The notes beneath the pieces were generated by a model. The model was not told where the DNA came from and ran no database searches. It worked only from the letters and a program-made list of their open reading frames with translations. Below are positions 50,034 through 59,684 of a stretch of DNA of 64,000 nucleotides, piece after piece. Positions within the stretch are counted from its first letter, which is position 1. Every line of letters begins with the position of its first letter. Source of the stretch: an uncultured bacterium (GTDB taxonomy: Bacteria > Babelota > Babeliae > Babelales > Vermiphilaceae). The stretch is from the NCBI GenBank assembly GCA_963695335.1, contig OY968764.1, positions 384,001 through 448,000 of the forward strand, read 5' to 3'. A program made the translations under genes and the position numbers.

Positions 50034-50883
50034 GGTTCTGTTGAGTTTTCATCGTAACCATATGCAAGTTCCCACAAAAGAAAGAAAAGATAAAAAATTT
50101 CGTGCCGATTTATCAAAACGAGCAAACACTCTTCTAAAGTGTTTTATCTTTGAAAACAAGCATTCAATCGCATGTCTCTCTTTATATAGATGTTCATCAT
50201 ATTGATATTGTTCTTTACGATTGGATCTTGGAGGAATAACGGGAACACAATTTTTTTCTATTAATTTCGAACGTAATTCAGTGGAATCATATCCTTTATC
50301 CGCTATTACATATGATTCAGAAATATCTTTTAATAAAATATCAGCCTGAGTAATATCATTACGCTGACCAGGAGTAATAACAAATCTTAAAGGATTGCCT
50401 AAAGCATCTACTGTTGCATGTATCTTACTTGTAAAACCACCTTTACTTCTTCCCAGTCCTTCATTTTTAAATTGATCATATCCAGCAGAACAGGCATGTG
50501 CGCGGACTATCGTGGCATCAATCATTACATATTCCATATCGGGATCCTCTGCACAAAAACTGAGTAATTTTTCCCAAATATGTTTTTTTGACCAAGCATT
50601 AAATCTGCTGAACACACTATTCCAATTTCCATATTTTTCCGGCAACTCTCTCCATTGTGCTCCTGTTCTTGCCATCCAAAATGTCCCTTCTATAAACTTT
50701 TTACAGTCCTTTTCTTCTTTTATATAAATGTTTTTTTGCTGTTTTAAAAAATTAAAAATTTTGCTCCAGGCCATTTCGCTGATATACTCTTTTTTCATGA
50801 TAGCACCGTTTTAGTGATTTGGTTTTTGCTTTTTCGGTGTTATCATACTTCAAAACTTATCTTTTCAAAAACTCAACAGAACC
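50034..50883 (-). mobile_element. IS5-family insertion sequence, 850 bp
   Basis: 16-bp perfect terminal IRs GGTTCTGTTGAGTTTT; TA duplicated on both sides. Confidence 0.93.
50049..50798 (-). CDS. IS5-family DDE transposase (single ORF)
   Basis: RTGAQWRELP, IDATIVRAH, GRSKGG, ADKGYD, YKERHAIE. Confidence 0.95.
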   Translation of the reverse strand: MKKEYISEMAWSKIFNFLKQQKNIYIKEEKDCKKFIEGTFWMARTGAQWRELPEKYGNWNSVFSRFNAWSKKHIWEKLLSFCAEDPDMEYVMIDATIVRAHACSAGYDQFKNEGLGRSKGGFTSKIHATVDALGNPLRFVITPGQRNDITQADILLKDISESYVIADKGYDSTELRSKLIEKNCVPVIPPRSNRKEQYQYDEHLYKERHAIECLFSKIKHFRRVFARFDKSARNFLSFLSFVGTCIWLR

Positions 50884-52484
50884 TAAAGATTCTTCATAAG
50901 CTTTTTGTAATTCTTGCTGATGTTGAATATTCTTTTCTTCGTTTTGTTCTGCTGCTTTGTGTGCTAATTGTTGTTCTTGTTTTTGCCGTAAAGCTTGTAT
51001 TTCACGTTTTTCTTGTTTTCGTTTTTTAGCCTCTTCTTCTAATTCCCTTCGAGCTATTGTTAGTTCTTTTTGAGTCTTTTCTTCTAATTCTTTTTGAGTT
51101 TTTTGTTGCCGTTCTTCCTGGAGAGCTTCATCTCTCAGTTTTGGCTCTCCCATTTTTTTAATTTCTTGAGTGACTTGTTGTTTGTTTTGCCGTTGTTCTT
51201 TTTCAAATGCTATACCTGTTTGGGGGTTGTAGGAGGTGAATGCGCCATTTTTGCCAACAACAACAAGTTCATGTGGAGATTTAAAGTAGAAAGCATTATC
51301 AACGGTGAATGTTGTCAGAGAAGATGAAAGTTTTTCCAAATTAACGAGTGAATAGATTATATTTTGTCCGGTAAAAAATTCACGCGGTGCACCAAGTTCT
51401 ACTAAACGGGTCTCTTTATCATCAGGGCTAAAGCAGTAGGTAACAACATTTGTGGCTATGTTATCGAGTTTTTTTCCGGTTGTTGTATTAATAAGATACA
51501 TTGCATTTTTTTCTTTGAAAACAACAAGGTAATTTTTTAATGGGCTCAGGATATATGCCATAACATGTGTTTCTGTTATTTTTTTCCCATGAGCTAGCAT
51601 TATAGAGAGTTCTTTGGTTGCATCATAGTATGTAATTTTTTTTGAAACAGTGAGGTCGTTATTGATTGTTTCAGTAATATTGGGAGTTGATGAGAACCAT
51701 CTGTTTCTTTGTACGGTAATTTGCCGTAGGGTGTCATTATCATATTGTACAACAAGATTATCTTCGCTTGAGTAATCGATTGTTTGTACATTTTCAAATG
51801 TTTTAAGAACTGATTTTGACGAAATATCAAACAGTTCGTACCGAGTAGTATCATTCTGAGGTCTTGCGCCAAGAGGCAACGCTCCCTCGTTAGTATGAGT
51901 TGTATCTAAATGTCTTCTGGCAATGATGAGTGTTGTTTCATCTGGGCTAAATTCATAGGTGATTAAATCACCATCAAAAGAGCCAACTTCCGTGAGACTT
52001 TGTAGATCTATTATTTTTGTAACATGAGTGATAGTCGGTATTTTTTCCCCTATAGGACGTTTTAACAGACTGCTCAGTAAGTACGTGATTGTTTTTTCAG
52101 AGAGACCTTGTGATGGAGATGCTGTGTTTGTGATTACTTGCACCATGAGATATTTTTTTTGAGGACTAAAATTATAGAAGCTCACTTGTGTTGGAGATAT
52201 GGGAGTTGTTTTGAGTGTGTCGTTTTCAACAAAGTTAAGGATCATTCTTTTTTGGTCGGGTTCATAAAAAATGACTGGAATTTGTTGTGCTTCTTCTGAT
52301 TTTAGTTCTGTTTGTTTATGTATTTGTGGTGTTTTCATCTGTTGGAGATACTTTGCCGTGTACTGTTTGCCCTGTTGTGTCATGCGCATACACAAGAGAT
52401 TTGTACTCACGAGTGCACATACGAGTGTTATTTTTATACATTTCATATTATTCCCCTATTTTTTTTAATATATTTTTACATTTT

Positions 52485-54206
52485 TCAAAGTGGAACGGGT
52501 TCAATTTCTTGCATATTTTCCCATACATCAGTGATACTCGCCCATACGCTTGACCAGCGTGAGCTGACTGCAGAACCAAGAGCATCTTTCCCTTTTTGTA
52601 GCGATGCATAAAATCCGCCAGATTTTCCAGCTTCATTAACGATAAGATTAGTTGCCTCTGTGGCGATAGCTTGTAATACACCCGTGATAACAGCTTGCGG
52701 TGTTGTGGCAATATTCACTCCCGTTGAAGCAACCATTTGTTGGCTTAATGGAATGGTACTGATGCTCACCAGTGCACCAGGAGTGATATTATTAGTGAGT
52801 GCAGCCACATTTGCAACCATTCCTTGCGCCATACCAGTAAGAACTGCATTACTTATTGATTCAGTAAAAGTGGTGTTGGCATACCCAAGTCCTGCTGCCC
52901 ATAAAAGTCCGCCAAGTGTTGCAGATTGGAAGAAGATCCAACCTACTTCTGCAAGTGCTAACGCAAATTTTTGATTGTTGATTACCGTTTTAACTTTTGG
53001 CAGAGCGAGTGCAACAAACATGTTGCTTGTTGATGGTGTTTTTTTACCAAGTAAAATCTGTTTAAGATTTATGTTTTTGATTGCTTGGGCAATTTCACCA
53101 TTTTCTGCGAGCATTGTGTTCATCACTGCAGACGCTTCATTCATAATTAAAGAATCAATAACACCTCTGAATAACGGAATTTTAAATTGATATGTTTTAT
53201 TTTGTACCGATGGTGCAAGAATAGCTTGGAATAAAATGTTTGTTTCTGCTGTGGTTGCTATAGATTGTATCGTTGTATTACTTGTTAGTAATGTATTTGA
53301 TTTTTCTATTAAAGCTGCTGATGCATAGGTTAAAAAGGTAATGAGTAATGCATCGGTATCTAATGTTGCAAGATTACCGGTCGCCATTTTAGTATATTGA
53401 GCAGCAAATACACCGAGCGCACCAGTAACACCCATATTTGTTGCTTGTATAGCAAGTTTGACTATTTCTGCACCATGTCCTTGCCAACTTCCTTTAATAC
53501 TTTGTTCAATGAGATTTTTTAATGATGGCGTTGCGGGAGTAAGGAGTTTTGTCTGTTTTTCTTGCCATTGTGGCCAATCTGTTGAAGGTAATTGTGCAAT
53601 TGCCATGTCTAACTCTTTAACATGTTGCACTAACTGAGTAAGCTGTTTATTTGCCATTGCTGCATTTTCTTTTTCTATGGTAGGAGAATTAATTTCTTCA
53701 ATTTTTTCTTTTGTTTTTTTGGGTTCATTTTTTGCTTTTAATAGCTGTTGAAGATTTGGTTTGTCTTTTGTCTTACCTTTTATAGCTTCAGCAGGAGAAG
53801 GTTTTTTCAGCATTGCAAGATCTTGGGCTACTATAGCAAGCGCTTTCTCTGCATTTTGTGGTTGTGTTTTAACAGCTATCTTTTGCAATGGCTTGGTTCC
53901 AACTTGAAGGGTTGAAATGTCATCTGTTTTATTTTTTGTAGCGGGAGTTGTGTTTGGAATGATGAGTGAATTATCAGAAACTGCGGGTTTTGGCCAAATA
54001 AGAGATTTGAGGTAGTTGATGTAGTTAATGCCAGAAGTATATGTTGAGTGCAGACGCATGGTTATATAGACTAACATGTTTGCAAGATTGGCTTTGATGT
54101 ATTGCGCGGTGCTTTGTGCTTCTTCTGGTTGTGTATCATCTGGTAGCACGGTTGTTGTTGCGAGTAATGCTATGGACGTGAAAAGAAATAGTTTTTTTAT
54201 AATCAT
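52485..54206 (-). CDS. Hypothetical secreted protein with hydrophobic Ala/Gly-rich C-terminal half
   Basis: Signal peptide; GGGGAG RBS; several apolar helices. Confidence 0.75.
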   Translation of the reverse strand: MIIKKLFLFTSIALLATTTVLPDDTQPEEAQSTAQYIKANLANMLVYITMRLHSTYTSGINYINYLKSLIWPKPAVSDNSLIIPNTTPATKNKTDDISTLQVGTKPLQKIAVKTQPQNAEKALAIVAQDLAMLKKPSPAEAIKGKTKDKPNLQQLLKAKNEPKKTKEKIEEINSPTIEKENAAMANKQLTQLVQHVKELDMAIAQLPSTDWPQWQEKQTKLLTPATPSLKNLIEQSIKGSWQGHGAEIVKLAIQATNMGVTGALGVFAAQYTKMATGNLATLDTDALLITFLTYASAALIEKSNTLLTSNTTIQSIATTAETNILFQAILAPSVQNKTYQFKIPLFRGVIDSLIMNEASAVMNTMLAENGEIAQAIKNINLKQILLGKKTPSTSNMFVALALPKVKTVINNQKFALALAEVGWIFFQSATLGGLLWAAGLGYANTTFTESISNAVLTGMAQGMVANVAALTNNITPGALVSISTIPLSQQMVASTGVNIATTPQAVITGVLQAIATEATNLIVNEAGKSGGFYASLQKGKDALGSAVSSRWSSVWASITDVWENMQEIEPVPL

Positions 54207-54332
54207 CGCAGCTCCCCCTTTTTAATAATTATGATTTTAAAATAATATTTTTCATTTGAAATTGTAAAGGGTTGGTTGAGAATTGGTTTGTTTCCGTAAA
54301 AGGATTTTTTTGGTATTGTATGGTTCTCTCCT

Positions 54333-54469
54333 GCGCTCGTCCTGAGCCTGTTTAACCCCATCTTCAGTTCCTTCAGACGGGGACCCCGGTTTGGAGTGAA
54401 ACGAAAACTGGGGCAAAAGGATATCTTTGAGCGCTCGAGGATACCCTTCAACAAGTTCAGGGCGAGCGC
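54333..54469. repeat. Family A inverted pair, first copy split by a family C twin hairpin
   Basis: gcgctcgtcctgagcctgt[ttaacccc..ggggacccc..actgggg]caaaaggatatctttgagcgc; compare intact 26527. Confidence 0.88.
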
Positions 54470-54553
54470 GGGGAATATATTGATGATTGGGTCATTTAAA
54501 TAATTTGTGCTATATAACATATGTAACTAAAATTTTAAAGAAAGGACTCTTAT

Positions 54554-55354
54554 ATGAATATTGCAAAACGCATGGCGTTTATTACGTGTAGCTTAATGAT
54601 GAGTGTGATGATGCACGGAATGGAATTAGAAAAATCGAATGAACCATTTATTTCTCAAGATCGTATTTTTGTGTGGACTGGTTATAATCCTCAATATCAT
54701 GTAGTAACCGTGCTTGGTAACTATTCTGAACATGATATTTTACAAAAAAATGATCAACCTCACAAAATTTATAGAGCTCAGTTGGTCATTCAAAAAAATA
54801 AAGAAGGTGAAGAGGGTAAGAAGTATTTTGTAAAGACTACTCAAGAATATATTTGCAATGGAACAGAAGCTAAGTTTAAAAATCTTACAAAATTAGAAAG
54901 AATTGAAGTGCCAACTTTTTGGTCTCAAGAACAGTGTGATGGAATACGGTATAAATTGAATAGCTGTTTAGATAGAAAAAAGGCAGTTTTAGCGATTGAT
55001 AATGATGGTAATGAGTATTTTATTACGCATGTATGGGATGAAAATCGTGATAATTCAAAAAAGGTACGTGTATACAATACCGAAAAACATCGAGCTGAGT
55101 TGATTCCTGTATTAAACAAAAAGAAGATGTTGTTAGAAATACAAAATTTAAAACAAGACGTTGCAGAATTTAAAAAGATTGCAGTACAGATACAAATAGC
55201 AAAAGATAGGTTCAATGCTGAGAAATTGCCAGAGAGACTTAATCGTAGTCGTAATAATGACTATTTTGGACTTGTAATGAGTTGTGCTACTTACGGAGGT
55301 TTAATTGTACTTGGAATTCTTCTTGCAGCGCTTATTCCCCAATATCAAGGTTGA
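54554..55354 (+). CDS. Hypothetical secreted protein with C-terminal TM helix
   Basis: Signal ..MHG|MELEK; hydrophobic tail. Confidence 0.75.
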   Translation: MNIAKRMAFITCSLMMSVMMHGMELEKSNEPFISQDRIFVWTGYNPQYHVVTVLGNYSEHDILQKNDQPHKIYRAQLVIQKNKEGEEGKKYFVKTTQEYICNGTEAKFKNLTKLERIEVPTFWSQEQCDGIRYKLNSCLDRKKAVLAIDNDGNEYFITHVWDENRDNSKKVRVYNTEKHRAELIPVLNKKKMLLEIQNLKQDVAEFKKIAVQIQIAKDRFNAEKLPERLNRSRNNDYFGLVMSCATYGGLIVLGILLAALIPQYQG

Positions 55355-56396
55355 AATCTGAAAAACGGCCCTGTTGCGCTTTATAATTACCGACAAAAGC
55401 AATCATAGCAGCATTATCCGTGCAATATTTGCGTGAAGGGTGGAAGAATGGAATGTTGTGTGTAGTGGAGAATGTTTTAAGGCGTTCAGTGATATATGCA
55501 TTACATGCAACACCACCAACAAACGTAATCGCTTGTACGTGCGGATGCGCTGCTAACGCCAATTCTAATTTTTGTTCAAAAATATCTGCCATGCACACAA
55601 GAAGTGAGCTGGCAACTTCTTTTATAAATTGTTCATCATCAGAACGTAGGAATTTTTTTGCGGAAAGATCGTATGCATTTTGTTTTACAAGATCATAAAG
55701 CACTGCAGTTTTAAGTCCGGAAAAACTGAAATCTAATGTTTTTTGTTTGCTGCGTGGGTAGTGGAAAAAATCTTGGAAATTAACTTCACGCGCAAGTTTT
55801 TCAATCACTGGTCCGCCTGGATATGGTAAATTCATCAGTTTTGCAATTTTATCAAACGCTTCACCTGCCGCATCATCTTGCGTTTCTCCAAGCACTTCAT
55901 AATCACCAAAATCTTTTATTAAATAAAGCGATGTATGTCCACCCGATGCGGTGAGGCATAGATGAGGAAATGGAACATTGTGTTCTATTGAAGCAGAAAA
56001 TGCATGCCCTTCTAAGTGGTTAATTCCTATGAGTTTCTTTTTCTCCCTACTACGCTCTCCGAGCTTCGAAGGGCAGGTCTTGGCGTACGCAATTGCTTTT
56101 GCAAAACAGATACCAACAAGTAATGATCCAGGAAGGCCTGGTTTGTTGGTAACGGCAATCACATCAATATCATCAAGTGACATGTTTGCTTGTTCAAGTG
56201 CTGCTGCAACTATGGGATTAATTTTTTCCAGTTGTGAGCGTGATGCAAGTTCAGGGATAACACCACCAAATTTTTTGTGTAGTTCAATTTGTGAGTATAA
56301 AGCGCTGGAAAGTAAACCTTGTGTGCTGTGGTATACTGCAGCTGCTGTTTCATCACATGAAGTTTCTATGCCGAGGGTGATAAATGGGTGTTTCAT
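55332..56396 (-). CDS. tsaD: tRNA N6-adenosine threonylcarbamoyltransferase with in-frame repeat insertion
   Basis: LGIETSCDET, NHLEGH, SGGHT, DDAAGEAFDK, FSFSGLKT, TDNAAMIA; start set at MKHPF. Confidence 0.97.
   Translation of the reverse strand: MKHPFITLGIETSCDETAAAVYHSTQGLLSSALYSQIELHKKFGGVIPELASRSQLEKINPIVAAALEQANMSLDDIDVIAVTNKPGLPGSLLVGICFAKAIAYAKTCPSKLGERSREKKKLIGINHLEGHAFSASIEHNVPFPHLCLTASGGHTSLYLIKDFGDYEVLGETQDDAAGEAFDKIAKLMNLPYPGGPVIEKLAREVNFQDFFHYPRSKQKTLDFSFSGLKTAVLYDLVKQNAYDLSAKKFLRSDDEQFIKEVASSLLVCMADIFEQKLELALAAHPHVQAITFVGGVACNAYITERLKTFSTTHNIPFFHPSRKYCTDNAAMIAFVGNYKAQQGRFSDFNLDIGE
56045..56077. repeat. Family B element in frame in tsaD (TCPSKLGERSR)
   Basis: Reverse complement cctgcccttcgaagctcggagagcgtagtaggg. 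Confidence 0.88.
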
Positions 56397-56420
56397 TTTC
56401 TTAATAATTCGTTCTTTTTT

Positions 56421-56560
56421 TCCGCTCGCCCTGAGTGTTTTTGTCTTCAAAAACGTATCGAAGGGTATGCGGAAATTTAGTAATTTTAAGATTTTTTTAT
56501 TTTGCACCCTTCGATACATTTTACTACGCTAAAGCTTCGCAAAACACTCAGGGCGAGCGG
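56421..56560. repeat. Inverted pair of family A elements
   Basis: tccgctcgccctgagtg..gtatcgaagggt ... cacccttcgataca..cactcagggcgagcgg. Confidence 0.88.
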
Positions 56561-56585
56561 GTTGTATATTCAAATTTCTTTTAAC

Positions 56586-56624
56586 GGGGGTCCCCAATTG
56601 GAACATAGTGTAGATTGGGGTTAA
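56586..56624. repeat. Family C hairpin (reverse orientation)
   Basis: ggggtccccaattg..gattggggttaa. Confidence 0.7.
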
Positions 56625-56625
56625 G

Positions 56626-57306
56626 TTATGTTATGGTATCCATGATAAGAATGCGTTTTTTATCCGCCACCGTTTGTATTTGGCGTTTAATGGGTGCATG
56701 AATAATTTTTGAATCAAGCGCAGTTAATTCTAACTTAATTAAAGCCTCTGCAAAACTTTCTTCTGATGCCCGTTCATTTGCATTATTAACATACAATGTT
56801 GGAAGTTCTACTGCAGAACCACCTCTAAATTCACTAATCCAATCTGCATAGCATTCAATGATAATTGCTCGATCAGGAATTTGTCCTGTTGCAGGTAATG
56901 CTTCTTCTTTTATCTCCCATGCATCGTCAATAAGATCAAGAACATAATATTTATACGAAGATTGCGGATCTATTTTGAGGTAATCAAATGTATTGATAAT
57001 TTCAGTTTTGTCAGGATATTGTTTAAGTTGACATTCAATTCTGTCTGCAGTAACAAGAACTTCAAAATGAGTTTGATGCGTTGCTTTAGGAATTTCAAAT
57101 GTTATCTTGGGTAGTGATGTTTCATGAGAAGCTGTCGTTATTTGAGTTCCGCCGCAGTTCATATTGAGTGGCACAAATGTTGAATTTTTACTGAATTGCA
57201 CCGTGCCGCCAATAAGTGATGGAGCAGCAAGAAGATGAGACTGTAAGGAAAGCGTAGCAAAAGTAAGTAATAATACCTTGTAGGACGTTGTTTTGATTTT
57301 TTTCAT
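56626..57306 (-). CDS. Hypothetical secreted protein
   Basis: Start set at MKKIKT; signal peptide ..HLLA. Confidence 0.7.
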   Translation of the reverse strand: MKKIKTTSYKVLLLTFATLSLQSHLLAAPSLIGGTVQFSKNSTFVPLNMNCGGTQITTASHETSLPKITFEIPKATHQTHFEVLVTADRIECQLKQYPDKTEIINTFDYLKIDPQSSYKYYVLDLIDDAWEIKEEALPATGQIPDRAIIIECYADWISEFRGGSAVELPTLYVNNANERASEESFAEALIKLELTALDSKIIHAPIKRQIQTVADKKRILIMDTIT

Positions 57307-57396
57307 TTTAGCCTGCTTCTTTATAGGTTTAAAGAATGTCCTTATGATTAATATACCTAGAGTAACTGAAAGATTTTTTAATTTCAAAGGATTTGT

Positions 57397-57864
57397 ATGC
57401 TGCGTAAACGAATGCGTGCTTTAGCTAAACGATTATTGTTGCAAGAGCGATCACCTCATAAGTTAGCATTAACCTGTTCTTTGGGTGCATTTATTGCTAT
57501 TTCACCGCTTATTGGTGGACATACATTGATGACGTTTATATTGGGTTGGTTAATGCGGTTAAGTATTCCTGCAGTTTTTACTGTATCATTTTTTATTAAT
57601 AATCCATGGACGGTGATTCCTATTTATTCCTTTGATCATATATTTGGTAAGTGGCTGTTTGGGTTGTTGAATATAGATCACACCAGTTGGGAACCAACAT
57701 GGTTAGAGTCTTGTTATTTATTTTTAAAACAACATACTGGTATTAGTGGGATATCTGTTTCTGCACTTTTGGTTGGGGGGCATGTGCTTGCTTTGACTGC
57801 CGGTGTTGTAGCGTATATGCCTATGAAGAAAATTTTTCAACGTATCTGTTCAAAAAAACATTAA
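57397..57864 (+). CDS. DUF2062-family membrane protein
   Basis: SPHKLAL..LGAFIAISP..GGHT, NNPWT. Confidence 0.85.
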   Translation: MLRKRMRALAKRLLLQERSPHKLALTCSLGAFIAISPLIGGHTLMTFILGWLMRLSIPAVFTVSFFINNPWTVIPIYSFDHIFGKWLFGLLNIDHTSWEPTWLESCYLFLKQHTGISGISVSALLVGGHVLALTAGVVAYMPMKKIFQRICSKKH

Positions 57865-57872
57865 ATAGATGT

Positions 57873-58325
57873 ATGAAGATATTAGCACAAAATAAAAAAG
57901 CATTTCATGATTACGATATTTCTGAAAAAATAGAAGTTGGTATTGTGTTAACTGGTGATGAAGTTAAATCATTACGTGCAGGTAATGTATCCTTGGTAGG
58001 CGCATTTGCCGCAATCCGCAATGGTGAAATGTCACTCGTTAACTGTCGCATTGCGCCGTATGATAAGGCGTATCAAAAAGATGAAGAGGCTGCAACACGT
58101 AGCCGTATTCTTTTACTCCATAAACGTCAAATTCTCAAACTTATTGGTGAGATCGCCCAAAAGGGTGTTACGGTAATCCCTTTGATGTTTTACCTCAATG
58201 ATAAAAGTAAAATTAAGGTGCAGCTGGGTGTTGGCAAACATAAAAAAGCACCGAGTAAGAAAAAAGAGCTCAAAGAGCGAGATATTAAGCGGGAAACGAG
58301 TAGGGCGATGAAAGAAAGCCGCTAA
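57873..58325 (+). CDS. smpB: SsrA-binding protein
   Basis: NKKAFHDY, GIVLTGDEVKSLR, LLLHKRQI. Confidence 0.97.
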   Translation: MKILAQNKKAFHDYDISEKIEVGIVLTGDEVKSLRAGNVSLVGAFAAIRNGEMSLVNCRIAPYDKAYQKDEEAATRSRILLLHKRQILKLIGEIAQKGVTVIPLMFYLNDKSKIKVQLGVGKHKKAPSKKKELKERDIKRETSRAMKESR

Positions 58326-58441
58326 TTCCATGTATCTTCATGGCTAACTCTTTTTGCATCTTGAGTGTCGCGTGATTCAGCGATGAGCGATAATATCAAA
58401 TCTTCTAATTCTTCTAAATATTCTTTGTTTTCTGTAGACAT
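58322..58441 (-). CDS. 39-aa ORF, possible antitoxin remnant
   Basis: MSTENKEYLEELEDLILSLIAESRDTQDAKRVSHEDTWN*, AGGA upstream; below the ORF-track cutoff. Confidence 0.45.
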   Translation of the reverse strand: MSTENKEYLEELEDLILSLIAESRDTQDAKRVSHEDTWN

Positions 58442-58566
58442 ATACATCCTTTGTATGCATAAAAATATACGATTAGCATGATGTTTTTGGGTAGGCAAGT
58501 CAAGGGGTCAGGGTATTGAGCAGGAATAGGCCGAAAGGCGAAGAAAGCCACTAAAAATGGACCCTT

Positions 58567-58595
58567 TTGCGATTGTTTCTAAGGTTTGGTAAACT
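58567..58595 (+). promoter_or_regulatory. Sigma70-like promoter
   Basis: TTGCGA-17-TAAACT with TG extended -10; related copy at 59849. Confidence 0.6.
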
Positions 58596-58649
58596 TATTA
58601 GTGATAGATATTTATATGATCTTAACTGCCTATAGGGGGAATTATAGGG

Positions 58650-59684
58650 ATGTTATTAAAAAAGTTCTTTGTTATTGTAATCTTGAGTATGGCAGGGTTT
58701 GCTTGTAATCTCACTGCAATGCAAGGATTAATAGCGAATTTTTATCATAATCTTACGTTGAAGAAAAAAAAGCCAGATTATAGTATCAATTTGATGTGGA
58801 TTAATGAAAATCTTAAGAAAGATCAAGAATATATTCATCCATCAAATGATGAGTTTGCATCAACTATTTGTAAATGGGCAGCTCTTAATAAAGATGGTGT
58901 AGTGAATGTTTGGTATGATGAAGAAATGACGACCACTGATGCGATAAAAAATACCCATAAAGCCATTATAAGAGAATGTTCACAATATTCGTATAAAGCT
59001 CTGGTGCGATTAAAAAATGTGAGAAAGTTATCTGAAGTCAAAGAGCATCCCAAAGCCTTTTCTGATAAAATGCCTGTATATTTTCGTGCGGATCTTTTAC
59101 GTTCCACCGCGGGATTTAATCATATATCGAGAAATAAAATTAATTATTTTGTGTATAGTGATTTAGATGCAGAACCTATAACAGAAAAACAGCTTTTTGA
59201 TGAAAAAACTAAAGAAGATCTTAAGCGATATGGTATGGTTTTGACTAGGCCTTCTGAATTTCCTGGCTATTCAGGTTTTGAAAATAGTTTTCAAATTATG
59301 AGTAATCATAAATCAAATCTTTTACAGGCAAAAAAAACTGCACTGATAGATCTTAATATTAAACGAGCTTATGATGTACAAGATAAAAATTTGTCAGGAG
59401 TCAAATCGCTTGAGCAAGCTGTATATCGTAGTTATAACGATATGTTTAAATATTTTTATCATCTTGAAGGATGTGGTGAATTTAAGGTACGTTCTTCTGA
59501 AAAAACGTTAGAACGTTACGATAAAGATAAACATGGATTAGAGCCTTTTGAGAGGCATATGTTTTTTTTTCCACGTGATAATTGTTGTAATGGAAAAGAT
59601 TTTAGACATGGTGGTTTTATTCCTACAAAAGAAGTCAATGTGCCTTTATCTGTTCATTTTGGTCCTGGTTCTCATAAAAGTTGA
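58650..59684 (+). CDS. Secreted DxD (GT-A) glycosyltransferase, effector/toxin-like
   Basis: INLMWIN, NVWYD, RADLLR, VYSDLD, FENSF; signal ..LTA|MQ. Confidence 0.7.
   Translation: MLLKKFFVIVILSMAGFACNLTAMQGLIANFYHNLTLKKKKPDYSINLMWINENLKKDQEYIHPSNDEFASTICKWAALNKDGVVNVWYDEEMTTTDAIKNTHKAIIRECSQYSYKALVRLKNVRKLSEVKEHPKAFSDKMPVYFRADLLRSTAGFNHISRNKINYFVYSDLDAEPITEKQLFDEKTKEDLKRYGMVLTRPSEFPGYSGFENSFQIMSNHKSNLLQAKKTALIDLNIKRAYDVQDKNLSGVKSLEQAVYRSYNDMFKYFYHLEGCGEFKVRSSEKTLERYDKDKHGLEPFERHMFFFPRDNCCNGKDFRHGGFIPTKEVNVPLSVHFGPGSHKS

Larger units (their letters stand above)
49933..52446 (-). pseudogene. Secreted beta-propeller-like/coiled-coil protein interrupted near its 3' end by the IS
   Basis: ORF 50857-52446 (YxFSP repeats) continues in frame at 50031-49933 once the IS and one TA are removed. 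Confidence 0.8.

Noticed and set aside
50034..50883. IS5 transposase as mobiliser of families A, B and C
   Set aside because: Its terminal IR shares no sequence with the elements and they lack flanking TA duplications
54203..54520. 105-aa minus-strand ORF
   Set aside because: Built largely from nested repeats in a divergent promoter region
56397..56519. 40-aa N-terminal extension of TsaD in the ORF track
   Set aside because: Encoded by family A repeats; homology starts at MKHPFITLGIET
58504..58564. Possible structured RNA (ggccgaaaggcgaagaaagcc)
   Set aside because: Too short; no recognisable riboswitch or ribozyme core; may be a decayed repeat
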